From positions 62,001 through 126,000 of the forward strand of contig JAADVB010000007.1 of assembly GCA_023334545.1 (NCBI GenBank): a stretch of DNA of 64,000 bases. The letters run 5' to 3'. Each line of letters starts with the position of its first letter. The first letter of the stretch is position 1. Under the pieces are notes generated by a model. The model ran no database searches. It was not told the DNA's origin and saw nothing but the letters and a program-made list of their open reading frames with translations. Source of the stretch: Salisapilia sapeloensis CBS 127946 (taxonomy: Eukaryota; Protista; Oomycota). A program made the position numbers and the translations under genes. Positions 1-10,950 of this stretch are shown one piece after another.

Positions 1-441
1 ACGATCGCCACTTCCCGCCACAAAAGACTGCAGCCGTACGACCGTGCTCTACGTAAGTTTGACTACAAGAAGGCTTTGAACGAAGCCTTGGCCACACGCT
101 CGCCTGTGGTCGTTGCGAGTATGCTGGAAGAGCTTCGCCTTCGCGTCGGACTGAAGCGAGCGTTGGCTGGACGAAGTGAAGAGTCGTTGGAACCGCTCTT
201 ATCGTTCCTCTTGCGATACGTGACGGACCCCAAGTACGCTTCACTACTTATTCCAGTATGCTCGATGGTCGTGGACTTGTACGCGTCGAAGTTGAGCCAG
301 AGCGTGCTGCTAGATCAGCTCTTTGTGAAGCTTTCGGATAAGGTGACGGAGGAACTAAAGACGCATCGGGATATTCAGGACGTCGTTGGGATGCTGGACA
401 CAGTCATGGCTGCCCAGGCCAATAGTATAGGGAATGAATGA
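1..441 (+). CDS. UTP15: U3 snoRNA-associated protein 15, C-terminal domain (5' part lies before the window)
   Basis: Frame is open from base 1: RHKRLQPYDRALRKFDYKKALNEAL...ASMLEELRLRVGLKRALAGRSEESLEPLLSFLLRYVTDPKY, matching the UTP15 C-terminal domain. Stop at 441. Confidence 0.85.
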   Translation, partial: TIATSRHKRLQPYDRALRKFDYKKALNEALATRSPVVVASMLEELRLRVGLKRALAGRSEESLEPLLSFLLRYVTDPKYASLLIPVCSMVVDLYASKLSQSVLLDQLFVKLSDKVTEELKTHRDIQDVVGMLDTVMAAQANSIGNE

Positions 442-490
442 TGCATTTGGACAAGTGTACTAAAACGGAGTTGTTCTCTTCTTTGGAGTT

Positions 491-1301
491 TTAACGAGAT
501 AGCGTCTGAACCACCTGCATAATGTCTTCCACAGCAAAACTCTCCTGGACCTTGCCCGGGCGCGACTGGTTGTCCTCGTTCGAAGGGATCTGAGCCTTGC
601 CGTCGACCACCTCCCAGCCTTCCTCTATACGCGTAGGAGTGAGTGCATGTCGTTTGAAATGTAAGGAGGACGTATATACTTTGAATGGCATCCTGGGTCT
701 CTTTGTCCGACAAGCTCAGCTTGGAAGAGACCACGGACGTGGAGATGACGCTATGGCTACGAGCAATCGTCTGCATCATAAAGGCACGAACGGCGTCTTC
801 AAAGCCTGGAACGTGCTTCTTGGCGAACGACAAATCTTCCTTCCACAAGTCCTAAGGAGAAAGCTGTTCAGATACATGCAACCTAGTGTGATATAGGAGT
901 TTCCGTACGTCGAAGAGACAGCTCTGGAGCTTGAATCCGGCAGAAAGCGTGCTTTTGACGCTCTCGTCCTCTTTCAGTGACTCTGGGACCATGGCGGCCG
1001 CACCGATAAAGGCTGAGGACGGTAGAGCAGTCACCAACTTTGCCAAGACCTTGGCGACCTTCTCACCACTGATGTGACCAGGGAAGATCGAGTATAAGCG
1101 CAGAAGGGCCAAGTTGGCTTCAATATCAACGCTCTGGTCGTTCAACTGGTCCGCGAGGTACTGCTCAAACGACTCGATGTGTGCCTTGTCATACACTTGA
1201 GCATTGTCACGAGCCTCGAGGAGCTTCTTTTGACTAGGGGAGGCACTGGAAGCCTCCACGCTCGTGTAGCTGATGAGCTTTGGTGCTGAGAACGCCGTCA
1301 T
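491..1301 (-). CDS. EIF3K: Translation initiation factor 3 subunit K, 3 exons
   Basis: HIESFEQYLADQL..DIEANLALLRLYSIFP motif. GT-AG intron 908..852 joins CLFD to DLWKE; a second intron near 690-630 joins the EEGWEVVDG..QSRPGKVQE tail. ATG at 1301. Confidence 0.85.
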
Positions 1302-1652
1302 CAGTCCGAAATGCTTGGATGCTATTTCTTGTCCAGCCAACGGTGTTGTCCGGAGAAATCTGATAAACCCGTCATTTACCATCTTTTCAACCGTTAAGAC
1401 CGATCATAGGTTTTAGAAATGCATCTTGCACGTGATAATTACTTCGATGGTAATCTTCCTTGATATGTAGGTATATCTACATAGTCATGAGGACATAAAT
1501 GTACTTCTCGTAAAAATGATAGATGTCTTTTGTTCATGGAAATGTCGGTGGTACTCGTTTTGAAATGTTGTGAAAACTGAAGGACGTTCGTAACATGCTG
1601 ACACCTCCACCTGACGAATATCGAAAGTTTTCACGACTGGAGACTCGTCGTG

Positions 1653-3923
1653 ATGGCTCTCCGATTGCCAATCTCGATGCTATGGGCAATTTTGCTATCT
1701 ATCTTCCTCATCTCCAGCAATGTGTCTAGTACACTCGTCACAGGACCCGATGACCTCGTCACAGTCCATGTACATCCTCTCCCACGATTCTCATGCCCAC
1801 CACTAGCATACTAACTGCATGTGATGCTAGACTCCGAATGTCATCCTAGACCAAGTTCCTTTCAGCATCCGGATCCAAATGCATGAACTCAAGAATGGTA
1901 CATCTTTATTACTTTGTTATGTACCTTGTTATCAGACATTGACTCCGGCGTGCTGTTATCAGGTATTGTCTACCCCCGTGTACTCGCTTATGAGATCTCG
2001 GACGAGTCTGGTACATCACTGCTCAATGGCTCATTCGATACGCTCGATACCGATGGAAACTACCAAGCTCGTGTCCAGTATACACCTCCGCAGTTCACAC
2101 TGTCTGGCACTGGTAGCCGAACGCTGCACACCGTCGTCCAAGAACTCATTATGGACACTGGAAGTCTTGCCAATGTCACGGCACCAGCGACCAACTTGGC
2201 TTCTTTCTCCGTCGCACTGACCACCTCTACCTCGGTCTTTGTATCGCCTGGTTGGCTCTCCTTACTACCTCCTGCCGTGACCCTCATCATGTCTGCAGCT
2301 CTCAACCAAGTCCTCATTGCTCTCCTCGCTGGTGTCTGGTGCGGCGCCACCATCGTAGCGGAGGGCAACATCATTGTTGGTTTCTTACGAGCCATGGACA
2401 CGTACTGGGTCAACGCCTTCACAGACGATGGACATGCCGGCGTGCTGCTCTTCACCATCCTCCTAGGAGGTACCATCGGCGTCGTCCAAAAAGGTGGAGG
2501 AGGACACGGTCTCGCTCTCATCGCAAAAGACTACATGACATCCTCCTTGCGGATGCAACTAACTTCGTGGCTGCTCTGTCTTCTCATCTTCTTTGACGAC
2601 TACTCTTGCATTCTCATCGTCGGTAGTTCGTTGCGTCAAGTGCTTAGTGAAACGGGCGTCAGTCGAGAGAAGTTCGCTGCGATTTTGCATGTCGTTGGTG
2701 TCTGTCTTCCATCCATGGCACCTGTCAGTTCCTACATTGGTGTGCAAATCGGGTACGTTTCGGGTCAAATTCGTGCACTAGGTCTCGACTGGGATCCGTT
2801 CGTCACTTGTCTGTCTTGTCTTCACTATCGCTATTTCCCCATCCTCTTCATCTGCTTCATCTTCATCACGATCATCTGTGAAAAGGACTTTGGACCGATG
2901 GTTCAATACGAAAAAGACGCCGCAGCGTCGCCAGTGCAAGCTAGCCATGCCGATACGCCTGTGGAGATTGAGCCCTCTGCAAGTCCTCGACCGGCTTTAG
3001 CTCCACTTGAGCCGGATACACACAAGCCACTCCGCTGGCCTAACGCTGTCTTCCCGTTCCTGACCATTGTTGTCTTGACGTTTGTCGGGATGATCTGGGA
3101 CGGATACGATCGACTGGAAGCCATTGCTCCTGACCAGTCGCACTCGTTCTTGGATGCGCTGAGCAACTGCGACTCGGTGGCTGCTCTTATCAGGGCATCT
3201 GCTGCTGGGTGGTTCTTGGCTGTTCTCATGCTACTCGTCCAGCGCATTGTGACACTGGATGAAGCTACCAAGGCATGGACGGAAGGCGTGAAAGACGTAT
3301 TGGACCCGACGCTAATTCTGATCTTGGCCTGGGCACTCGGCTCAGTCATCACAGAAGTGCAGGCTGCGCCGTACATTGCGTCTGTCGTTGGCGGCGGTAT
3401 CCAGAAGCAATTCCTACCGGCCATCTCGAGTATCCTGTGCTACATCGTATCGTTTGCTACCGGCAGTGGCTTTGGCACCATGGCCATTATGTTCCCGATC
3501 ATTGCGCCGCTATCGTATGACCTAAGTGGCGGTGATGCGACGAACCTGCTTCAATGCTTTGGCAGTATCCTCGGTGCTTCTACCTTTGGCAACCTTTGCT
3601 CTCCAATCTCGGATACGTCCATCCTATCTGCGATGGCAGCGCACATTCCACTCAAGAATCACGTTCGGAGCATATTGCCTTACAGTCTCGTTGTCGCACT
3701 CTTTGCAACTGTCGCTGGCGACCTAGCTGTCGGTATGCACTTGTCCAGTCCGTTCATGGCCTTTGGAGTTAGTGTAGCTGGACTACTACTCGTCGTCTTC
3801 TTCTGTGGCAAGACCGTGAACTCTCGATACCGATCCTTGTCATCCGACAGTTTCCTAAGTGCATCTCCTCCACGCTACCTAGGCGACACGAACGAAAGTC
3901 AGCCTCTGTTGTCTCCTTCGTAG
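1653..3923 (+). CDS. NhaC-family Na+/H+ antiporter-like multi-pass membrane protein with N-terminal signal peptide and two 5' introns
   Basis: Motifs IFFDDYSCILIVGSSLR, SREKFAAI, SFATGSGFGTMAIMFP, GNLCSPISDTSILSAMA are typical of NhaC. An upstream exon MALRLPISMLWAILLSIFLISSNVSS (ATG 1653/1677) joins via GT-AG introns. Confidence 0.8.
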
Positions 3924-4081
3924 AAGAAAGTCGTTAGGTCATTTTTGCCACAGGAATACATGAAAGCAGTCTTTCGACCTTGGACATGCAGGAAGATGTG
4001 GTACCTTAAGTTGAAGTTGATGGCAGTTTATAGAGAAGTTTAGTGGACACCAGTACGAACACGAGTGATACAGAGCGTAGG

Positions 4082-5361
4082 ATGAGTAGTGTCGATGGAG
4101 AGTTGGAGCTCGAGAAGGATAGTAATCCGTACCTGGACTATTACAAAGCTTTTGTGAAGGAGCATGGGGATTTGTATTCTGTCTTTGACCCGTCTGTCGA
4201 TGAAGAAACGAGATTAGAGCAGTATAATGCTTTGGATGTCGGCGTCGCAATGGTAGAATAAGCAGATTTTATCTTCTAGAAGCATGATTGTCATCTTACG
4301 TTGATATGAATTGCTAGAAATACTCGTGGGCTATTCCGGATGAACGTGCGCTACAGATTATTAAACACTTTGGACCGGTAGAGTGAATTACAAAAGTCAT
4401 ATCATACATCGGATGCAGGGTCTAAGTGTTTCGTGGCGTGTTAGATCGTCGAAATGGGTGCAGGTAGTGGGTACTGGGCGAAGCTGCTCGAGCTGCGTGG
4501 TGTCGACGTTGTATGCTACGATCTCCACGTTGCAGACGAAGCACAGAATCAAGAAAAAGAAGAGACCCAAGAGGGTAGTAATAGTCCCGTTGACGATGCG
4601 ACTTCGACTGTTGGAAAGGAGAGCGAGGGGCATTCAAAGGCGGATCAAGAGAACGATGTTGTCAGTGATGAAGGTTCGGAGGAAGAAGTGGAAGTCGAGC
4701 AGGTCTTTTGGACAGATGTGAAGCAGGGAACACCACAGGTAATGTTGATTTACTTATACGTTCAAAGGCACTCAATGCGACCATTCTGCCTGCTGTTTTC
4801 AATGTGCTCACGATGTTATTAGAAACTTAGCAAGCACTCGGATCGGACCTTGTTCCTATGTTATCCGGATGACTTTGAAGATAGTGAAGAGTCTATGGCG
4901 TTGGATAGCTTGATGAACTACACTGGTGATACTGTCATCCACGTCGGCGAGTTGTTCGGGCAGACGATCTGCAAACCAGGAGTTTGGTGCGTCCTGCTAT
5001 ATGCCAATTCACAGTAATTTTGCTGACATTTCATCACAGGGGACGGACTTCCTCTGGAGACTTCCAGACACACCTGGCATCCGTTTACCACAAAATCCTT
5101 CAAGTCCCGTTGCCGTCATGGCACTCGAGTGTAGACACGCTTACGGTGTGGAAGCGCACGAAGACGACGATCATGGAATCCGAAATGTATGCTTACATTC
5201 CGCCAGAAGAACGTCTGGACCTCGTTGCTGCTAGTCCATCGACACGCCACTTAGTAGACATTGGATCTGAGACGGCTGCACTGTCCTCCAAGGGAAAGAG
5301 GAAGATGGAGAAAGGAAAGCCTGCACTAAGTGATGCTAAGAAACAGAAATCGAACTCTTGA
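4082..5361 (+). CDS. Conserved hypothetical protein with class I SAM-methyltransferase-like motifs, multi-exon
   Basis: Spliced YSWAIPDERALQIIKHFGP/IVEMGAGSGYWAKLLELRGVDVVCYD (motif I-like EMGAGSG), then TLFLCYPDD and VIHVGE. GT-AG introns near 4254, 4379, 4739 and 4984. Confidence 0.6.
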
Positions 5362-5473
5362 TGATACACTCTTTCTGTTTTTTCCGGCTAATTATAGATC
5401 CTAGGAAGCTCAGTCTAAAGTTCTTGAGCGATAAGCTTGTACGAATAGTACCGTGTAGTAGAATCGTACGTAG

Positions 5474-6341
5474 ATGCGGTGTGCAACGAAGAAACCATTG
5501 ACATATGAAGCTGAATACCGGTATGGACAAGATAATTTGCTGACTGCGACTTTCCATGAAGAAGTTCATCTTCGGAATGTAAATCGAATGCACAACGTAC
5601 AATCCACCTTCCAGCGTCGTTCTCATGATATCCAAGACACGAGCATTAATAGAGACTACAATCGACTGAATAATGCCAAGAAGCTTCAACAGGAATATGG
5701 TCGGAAGTTACAATCGAGAGCCCACTCATTCATGATCTTAACCGCAAAACTTTTTATCTGTAGATAGAAACGAAATGATTCAAGAACAGAATGAACTACT
5801 TTTGAGGCGTTTGGAGCAGATTCACACGTACGTGCCCAAGAAATTTGATCTTGTACACCACAAAAAAGAGGTTTTAAAAGCCCCTCGGAAGTCGAATGAA
5901 AGCTTAAGATACAACACCCAATGCAAGATCGACGTTGAAAACAAGAGAATGAAGAAGCGACTGCGAGCAGTGAAAGCTACTTTTAACTCTTCAAGCTTAA
6001 ATACACACGAAGAGCAACACGAATATTTAATGGATCAGCTTACCAAGTCAACTCGGCGAGCTAGAATCTCTGGTAGATGCAAACAGCTACGCGAGAAGGA
6101 AACAATAAAGCAAAACAGCCAAGTATCATCGTTCAGTCCGATCATGAAACCTCGAACCGAAGCAGTGGGGTTACGCTCCATGCCAACGGAGGAATTACCA
6201 CAGTTGACAAAGAAGCATCAATCTGTCTCGATGCCATCACTACCTAAATTAAACAAGCATATCAAAGATGGAAGCTTAACTATAATGAAAAGCTCCAAGC
6301 ACTGCCGAGCGTCCGATCTACTTGATAAGTTACAGTTATAG
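5474..6341 (+). CDS. CFAP97/Hemingway-domain protein, 2 exons
   Basis: NNAKKLQQEY/DRNEMIQEQNELLLRRLEQI and SLRYNTQCKIDVENKRMKKRL resemble the CFAP97 repeats. Intron about 5700-5764. Confidence 0.6.
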
Positions 6342-6425
6342 TCAGATGATACGTTTCAAGCAATGAACGAATTATATTATGGTAGAGATTCTGATGGTAG
6401 TCAAACTGCTTGACACGATATAAGA

Positions 6426-8029
6426 ATGCAGCTCTGGAAACGTAATGCCGATCGTTTTCTCCCTGTAAACCAGCGTCAATCTACTATTCGCTACATCCAT
6501 AAGTCTCCACAACAACAGTTCTGGTATGGGAGAATTATTCCCCAAGTTTCAATAACTCGCAAGCTTATTATTGACCTTGTTTGTATCAAATCGATAGGAT
6601 TCCTGTTGGCATTGCATGTGCAGGACTCTTTGTAGGCACAAGATATGTCCTACGAGCCCAAGAACGTATTCGGCGTCGCAATGCTGGTCTACCTGAAGAC
6701 GATGACGATGAAGATGACGACTACGCTGCTCCTCCGATTCCGAACGAGATTTTTAGTGTCGACTTTGGCTCATCCAATCTACGAGCCTCGACGTATCAGC
6801 ATTCCCTGGATCGTATTAAAGTCTTGGAAAACGCAGATGGAAAGCGAGCCATTCCTGCTGCCGTCGCAGTTGACAATGACGTCGTGTCTGTTGGCAGTCT
6901 AGCACTGAACTTACAAGGCCGCAAGCCTAAAGCCACAGCACTAGCTACTAGACTTTTGCTCTTCCAGTCTGCTTACCCCGTACAAATATACTTAAATCAC
7001 ATATCTATACTATATACTAACGATAATGTGCTAGTCCGACCAGCACGAAGCTTTCCTCAAACGGATCCAATATGAAGTCTCTCCTCACAATGACTCGTAT
7101 AACTTGCAACTCGACGGTCAAACTTACAGCACTGAGGTATTATAGCAACCTATGAACACGATACGACAGCAAATTAATGCTTTTTCTAGTGGGCAGCTGA
7201 GATGATGTTCGATCGATTGTCTGAGCTGGCATTTCCATACGCAACAGGCTCTTCCCACAACTCCCTCCCTGTCGTTCTACCAGTCCCAGCTTCCGCTACG
7301 AATAACTGTACATCCAAGATCCAACAGATCGCATCAAGTGCAGGCTTCGAAACACTCGATACGATTCCCGAGCCCATAGCTGCGCTCCATGCGTCCGAAT
7401 ATTGGAGCGAAACTGCTGAATACGAGTTACCTTCCGGTCTTATTGCTGTATTTGACATGGGTGGCTATGAATCCTCCTTGTCTCTCGTCCGCCGCCACTC
7501 GAAACACCAGTTTGAACTTTTATCGTCTCGAGCAACATTAGACGCGTCTGGAAAGCACGTTGACGACGCACTGTTCCATTCAGTCGTTCGAAAATTCCAA
7601 AAAGAGTTTGGAATCGACTTGTCGATTGATCCCATGGCCAGCCATCGCATTGTAGAGGCAGTAGAGGCAGCGAAGAAAGAACTGTCGACTCGACGATCCA
7701 CGGACATCAATCTCCCGTTTATCACTGCCGATCAAAAAGGCGCAAAGCACTTGATCCAAACAATATCCAGCTATGACATTCATCGAGCCTGCGAACGTGT
7801 AGTTGAAGAAGTCATCGGTCTTTCCAAGCAAGTGCTGTCGGAAGCTGACATGACAACAAAGGATGTAAAAGGTCTAGTCCTCGTCGGTGGAGGTGTCCGG
7901 ACACCTTGGATCAAGACGGAGATGGAAAAGTTTTTCCAGGTCGAAGCGTTCGGGACAAAGGACTATATCTCGGACGAAGCGGTCGTCGTTGGAGCAGCAG
8001 CATACGGTCGATCGAAACATTTAGAGTAG
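6426..8029 (+). CDS. Atypical mtHsp70/DnaK-derived protein: predicted mitochondrial presequence + TM anchor + nucleotide-binding domain only
   Basis: Introns 6524-6597, 6980-7034 and 7137-7189 give one ORF. Hsp70 NBD motifs: VDFGSSN, ENADGKRAIPAAV, IPEPIAA, VFDMGG, GIDLSIDPMA, DINLPFITADQKGAKHL, LVGGGVRTP, DEAVVVGAAAYG. Stop follows immediately. Confidence 0.8.
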
Positions 8030-8058
8030 ATACATAGTCAAGCAAAACTTTTTTCATT

Positions 8059-8829
8059 TTAAACATTCGAAACACTAGTAGCTGTCCTCGTACACATTTG
8101 CCATAGCACTGTTCGACCGAACGGAACGAAGGATGCGCCGTACCAGAGCATTGCTACGTATTGGATGAACACTAGCGGCATCACGAGGTAGCAAACGGAC
8201 GGAAACCCAGCAGCGACGACGATTGTCAGAACCATGCAAGTCATCCAGAGGATACACGCACCTCTACGTACTGGCAGACACATCACACGTATCTGTCGCA
8301 TCGGTCCGATGACAAATAAGGACGAGCCCAAGGAACAAAGGTTACCGAGTGTATAAAAGAACGCAAAGTCTGCTAAGTGCTTCGGACTCCAAGCCATTGT
8401 CGCTGCTAGAAAGCTACAGACAGCTCCGGCTGTGTAGCACATACTCGCAGCCTTTGTTCGTTGCTTCCTCGTGAGCTCCATCTCTGCTCCGATGCCATCT
8501 ACAAGTAGCTGATCACTATCCGTATGCTTTGGCGTCGGAACATCAGCTGACTTTTCAACTTCCGTAGATGCTTTTTCAGTCGGACTAGTGTCCGATTCGA
8601 CTTCAGATCCAGTGCTTGATACCGTATCCAATGATATACTCGATGGGATCGACGGCAATGGCATGGATTCGGCAAATGACTTGGCTCGGGACTGTAACGT
8701 GAGCGATTGACGTTCTAGCGTCATTGCACCTTCCAGCGTTATTTCTTTCAAAGATGCAGCCCTTTCGGCCGTTTTGGATTTGAATGACGAGATCTTGTCC
8801 CCCGATGTCGACTTGATCTTGGCCCACAT
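8059..8829 (-). CDS. SFT2: Got1/SFT2-like vesicle transport protein
   Basis: ELTRKQR..., FAFFYTLGNLCSLGSSLFVIGPMRQIRVM, QYVAMLWYGASFVPFGR. Four TM segments. Likely ATG 8829. Confidence 0.85.
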   Translation of the reverse strand: MWAKIKSTSGDKISSFKSKTAERAASLKEITLEGAMTLERQSLTLQSRAKSFAESMPLPSIPSSISLDTVSSTGSEVESDTSPTEKASTEVEKSADVPTPKHTDSDQLLVDGIGAEMELTRKQRTKAASMCYTAGAVCSFLAATMAWSPKHLADFAFFYTLGNLCSLGSSLFVIGPMRQIRVMCLPVRRGACILWMTCMVLTIVVAAGFPSVCYLVMPLVFIQYVAMLWYGASFVPFGRTVLWQMCTRTATSVSNV

Positions 8830-9257
8830 CTTGCCTATCTCTAATCGCTTCAAAAACGTTCGATAAACGTCAGGGAAGGTGTCGAGCACTGCATGTTGCA
8901 CGAAGGTACGCTGCTCGCATCTGAAGCGCTAGTTCAAGGTGTCGCTTGCATTGCTTCCGACTGGTCTGTCGATCAGAAGTACATGCGTCGAATGCGCTCT
9001 CCAAGTGCTTGTTTGTAGTAATGTTTATACAGTCGCGATAGAGTAGAAGACTCGTATGATAAAAGACTGGGTTCGTAAAAGGAGGAATGAAGGAACAATT
9101 TCCACATTTCATCCACCGAAAGATCGCATTGCTGCCTGAAGTCTCGTATAGCTGACCCAGGTGCACATTCCGTATAGGACAGACCTCGTTTCTTTCGTCT
9201 GTTCGTTCTCTTAATCTTCCAGCTGAACCCATCGTAAAAATCCATCCAAGTCCATAT

Positions 9258-9276
9258 TCATTTTCCTCATATTTCA
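9258..9276 (+). promoter_or_regulatory. INR+FPR-like oomycete core promoter upstream of tetraspanin-like gene 1
   Basis: TCATTTTcctcATATTTCA about 25-40 nt before ATG 9300; resembles YCATTYY...WTTTNC. Confidence 0.4.
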
Positions 9277-9299
9277 TCTCGACTAATACGTACAATACC

Positions 9300-10277
9300 A
9301 TGCGTTGGGGTCTTTCCACAATCCTCCTTCTCCTCGTGAATGTCATCTTCCTAGGCGTCGGTGGCATGCTCATCTACCTCTCACAGAAGACTGATAGCGC
9401 AGGTTGGATCGAAGCCATTAAAGACACGGACAGCGATGTCGAATTTGCCCTCGAGACAGCCGCGAAAGTCGTCTTGGGCATCGGTATCGCCGTCATCATA
9501 CTATCATTGGGCGGTATTGTAGGCGCATTGTTCGGGACTAAGTGTATCCTGCTCGCCTACGCTAGCTTCATGGGACTTATCGTCGTGGTCTGCGCTGTCT
9601 TTACCGGTGCTGCCTTCGTCTACAACAACAGACTAATGGACTGGGAGGACAAGAGCTATCCTGCAAGTGATGAAGAGAAAAATATGACTACTGCCTTCAA
9701 CCAAGTATACTGCTATGCGCAAGGAGAATACTTTTGCAACGAGGCGACGATGAAAGAAATAACCTCGGTCTTCCTGAGCACCAGTGATGCTGCTCTTGCC
9801 GAGATCGCATTTCCGGATGTCACTGGTATCATCGACTTTTGTAAAACGGAAAGCAAAACTGGCAAACTCTTCCAGAATCTTAATAAGCTCATGGATAACG
9901 ACTTTGAAGACTTTGATCATGTCTGCGGCATGTGCAATAACACGGCAAAATATGACGAGTATAAGCAGATTCGAGAATGGACAGAGGATTCATGTTCCGC
10001 TACGGAGAGCTCGAGAGCATGGTGCGCAAGGTTTTTAGTTAACGGCGGAGAGAACATGGGAAACAACGCGACGAACATCACGGGGTCGCCGTACAAGAGT
10101 TGCCGTGAGCAGTTCTTGGATGAAGCCATTGATGGAACGGAGAAGCTTGTCTTTGGTGGAGTGGCTGCTACCATCATTGCTTTCATACTGGTCGTCGCTA
10201 CGTGTGTTTCCATGAGAAAAATGAGTAAAGAAGGTGTGAACGACGAGTTCCAACCGACGACAAAGGGTGCTGTGTGA
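9300..10277 (+). CDS. Tetraspanin-like protein 1 (4 TM, 8-Cys large loop, no CCG)
   Basis: Three N-terminal TM helices, a large loop with YCYAQGEYFC..C..CGMC..C..WC..PYKSC, and one C-terminal TM. Confidence 0.8.
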   Translation: MRWGLSTILLLLVNVIFLGVGGMLIYLSQKTDSAGWIEAIKDTDSDVEFALETAAKVVLGIGIAVIILSLGGIVGALFGTKCILLAYASFMGLIVVVCAVFTGAAFVYNNRLMDWEDKSYPASDEEKNMTTAFNQVYCYAQGEYFCNEATMKEITSVFLSTSDAALAEIAFPDVTGIIDFCKTESKTGKLFQNLNKLMDNDFEDFDHVCGMCNNTAKYDEYKQIREWTEDSCSATESSRAWCARFLVNGGENMGNNATNITGSPYKSCREQFLDEAIDGTEKLVFGGVAATIIAFILVVATCVSMRKMSKEGVNDEFQPTTKGAV

Positions 10278-10384
10278 AAAAGATAAAAGGAGAGTCCTGA
10301 AACGATCTTTCGTCTGTTAATGAACTTGATTTCCCATTCTTGCATTCATACGTTTCATCTTCTAGATTAATTGTAATTGTAACG

Positions 10385-10914
10385 ATGCCGGATGAGAGCA
10401 AGGCAAGTGGTAAGATATTAGGTGTTCTTTTCTGTAGTTGCGTGTGAATGACCATCGATACGTAGAGACGGCTGTGAGGGATCCAGAGCTGGCGACAAAG
10501 GTGTGGACGGAAGAAGAGGATGGTGCTTGGGCTGAAAGTAAAGCTCCATTGGTACTCCTTACAACGTTTATGAGCAACATTCAAGATGAAAATCGGGATG
10601 AGGCACTCTCTGTCGCCAACAAAAGTAATGTCGAATGCTACTACCAAGCCTTAAATCGATGTTTCACATCATACTGTCTAGTCCTAGAGATTGAACCAAA
10701 CAATCGACTTGTACAAGATCTCGTGGAAGCTATCCAGCAGTACGCAATCCTAGGTCAATACTCCCACCAGAACAAACTTGTACTTTTGCTCATATCCTTT
10801 TGCATTGCAGATGACGCATCGGAATCGGAGGAAGAAGAGGAAAGTATGTCGGATTCGGAAAGTAGTCAGAGCACGGGATCGGATGATGGTGATGACGCAA
10901 AAGAAGCGAAGTAA
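10385..10914 (+). CDS. ERICH2-like glutamate-rich protein, multi-exon
   Basis: APLVLLTTFMSNIQDENRDEALSVANK/ILEIEPNN after splicing resembles the ERICH2 core (APLELxxEF...ILIYEPEN). Acidic C-terminal tail. Confidence 0.5.
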
Positions 10915-10950
10915 ATGTTCAAATCGATCTCAAATCACGTTTCATAACCT

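Noticed and set aside
8870-9373. 167-aa minus-strand ORF
   Set aside because: Spans the divergent promoter between SFT2 and tetraspanin-like 1, overlaps both genes, and has no motifs.
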